This document shows, piece after piece, positions 63,201 to 64,000 of a stretch of DNA of 64,000 bases. The stretch comes from Azolla caroliniana (lineage: Eukaryota > Plantae > Polypodiophyta). The stretch lies in the NCBI GenBank assembly GCA_043228905.1, contig JBHGNT010000021.1, positions 7,998,001-8,062,000 of the forward strand. The letters are read 5' to 3'. The position numbers were made by a program, and so were the translations under genes. Numbering within the stretch: position 1 is the first letter of the stretch; every line of letters begins with the position of its first letter. The notes below the pieces were generated by a model. That model was not told the DNA's origin and made no database searches. It saw only the letters and a list, made by a program, of their open reading frames with translations.

Positions 63201-64000
63201 CATCGATGCATCTGATGTAGCAATCAGAAGCACACTAATGCAGTTATCCGAACCAAGCTGGTACAGACTAGTTTACTACGCTAGTCGGAAACTATCCACA
63301 ACAAAAAGGAATTATTCGACAACTAAAAGGGAAGCTTTGGGAATGATTTACAATATCAACAAATTTCGACAATACGTTTTGGGGAAGAAATTTACATTCC
63401 ATGTGGATCACTCTGCTTTACTATATTTGGTATCCAAACAAGAATTAACTGGCAAACTAGCACGTTGGACGTTATTACTTTAGGAATTTAAATTTGACAT
63501 TCTGCATAGGCCGGGAGTGCAACATGTCGTCGCAGATTACCTTAGCCGATTAGAGTCAGGAGAAGAGGGCACAGGAGTTAAAGATGATTTTCCGGATGGC
63601 CAACTCTTTCGAGTACACACAGTACGAGTGCAGGAAATAACTAAGGAGATTGAGGATGCTTGGATTACAGACATGACAATTTTTCTTACGATAGGGTTAC
63701 CACCTGAGCATCTATCAGCAGACAAAAGAAAATGGTTAGTGGTTCGTAGCCGGAATTTCTGTCTTTTAAATGACACCCTATATCATAAAGGAGTTGATGG
63801 AATTTGGCGACGAGCAGTACAACAATTTGAGAAAAAGATAATTCTTCGAGAATCTCACTGTGGTATCACGGGAGGGCACTACGCCAGCGAAATTACTACT
63901 CGGAAAATTTGGAACAGTGGGTTATGGTGGCCAACAGTTATGAAGGATGTAGTCGAATACTTTCGGAAATGCGATTTATGTCAGAGAATGGGTCAACCTA
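60237..64000 (+). pseudogene. L gag C-terminus, protease, RT, RNase H and integrase N-terminus
   Basis: CQAVQCTTCLNTGH; IVDGGS; RVCVDYRKLN; FLDDF; FIDASDVAI; HCG..GGHY..CDLCQR. Confidence 0.92.

Larger units (their letters stand above)
45289..64000 (+). mobile_element. Non-chromovirus Ty3/Gypsy L, degenerate, continues beyond the window; hosts M
   Basis: Putative 5' LTR TGTT..AACA 45289-45784; PBS TGGCACGCCCGGT 45796-45808; gag 45843-46416 resumes at 60237; order PR-RT-RH-INT. Confidence 0.88.

Overview
Gene-free eukaryotic retrotransposon nest, plant-type; a non-seed plant such as a fern is my inference from the element lineages only. No host gene, rRNA, intact tRNA gene or CRISPR array is supported. 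Labels A-N are mine. Left: Copia A (1-5405, +) abuts a Gypsy remnant I (5406-40613). I hosts Copia B (6265-40033, TSD CAGAC). B hosts Copia C (7955-29050, TSD GTTCG) and a near-intact L1 LINE (29303-36828, 17-bp TSD, polyA). C hosts Copia D (9619-15164, -, TSD GTTCT), E (15852-21830, -, TSD ATGTA, containing solo LTR F) and H (22123-26445, +). Middle: RT-less Copia J (40634-44547, -, TSD ATATT) and a Copia integrase fragment. Right: non-chromovirus Gypsy L (45289 to the window end) hosts Gypsy M (46417-60231, TSD AATTC), which hosts a gag-only LTR element G (47991-51318) and solo LTR N. Two signals stand out. (1) M has no polypurine tract; in its place is a sense copy of a tRNA-Arg 3' end including CCA, i.e. 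a second, inverted PBS 2 nt from the 3' LTR. (2) The F/G/N family has an 18-nt tRNA-Trp PBS, makes 4-bp CCGN target duplications and carries a tRNA-like Pol III A/B-box cassette inside its LTR. All alignments were done by eye and tRNA identities come from recalled plant tRNA 3' ends, so both need computational confirmation.
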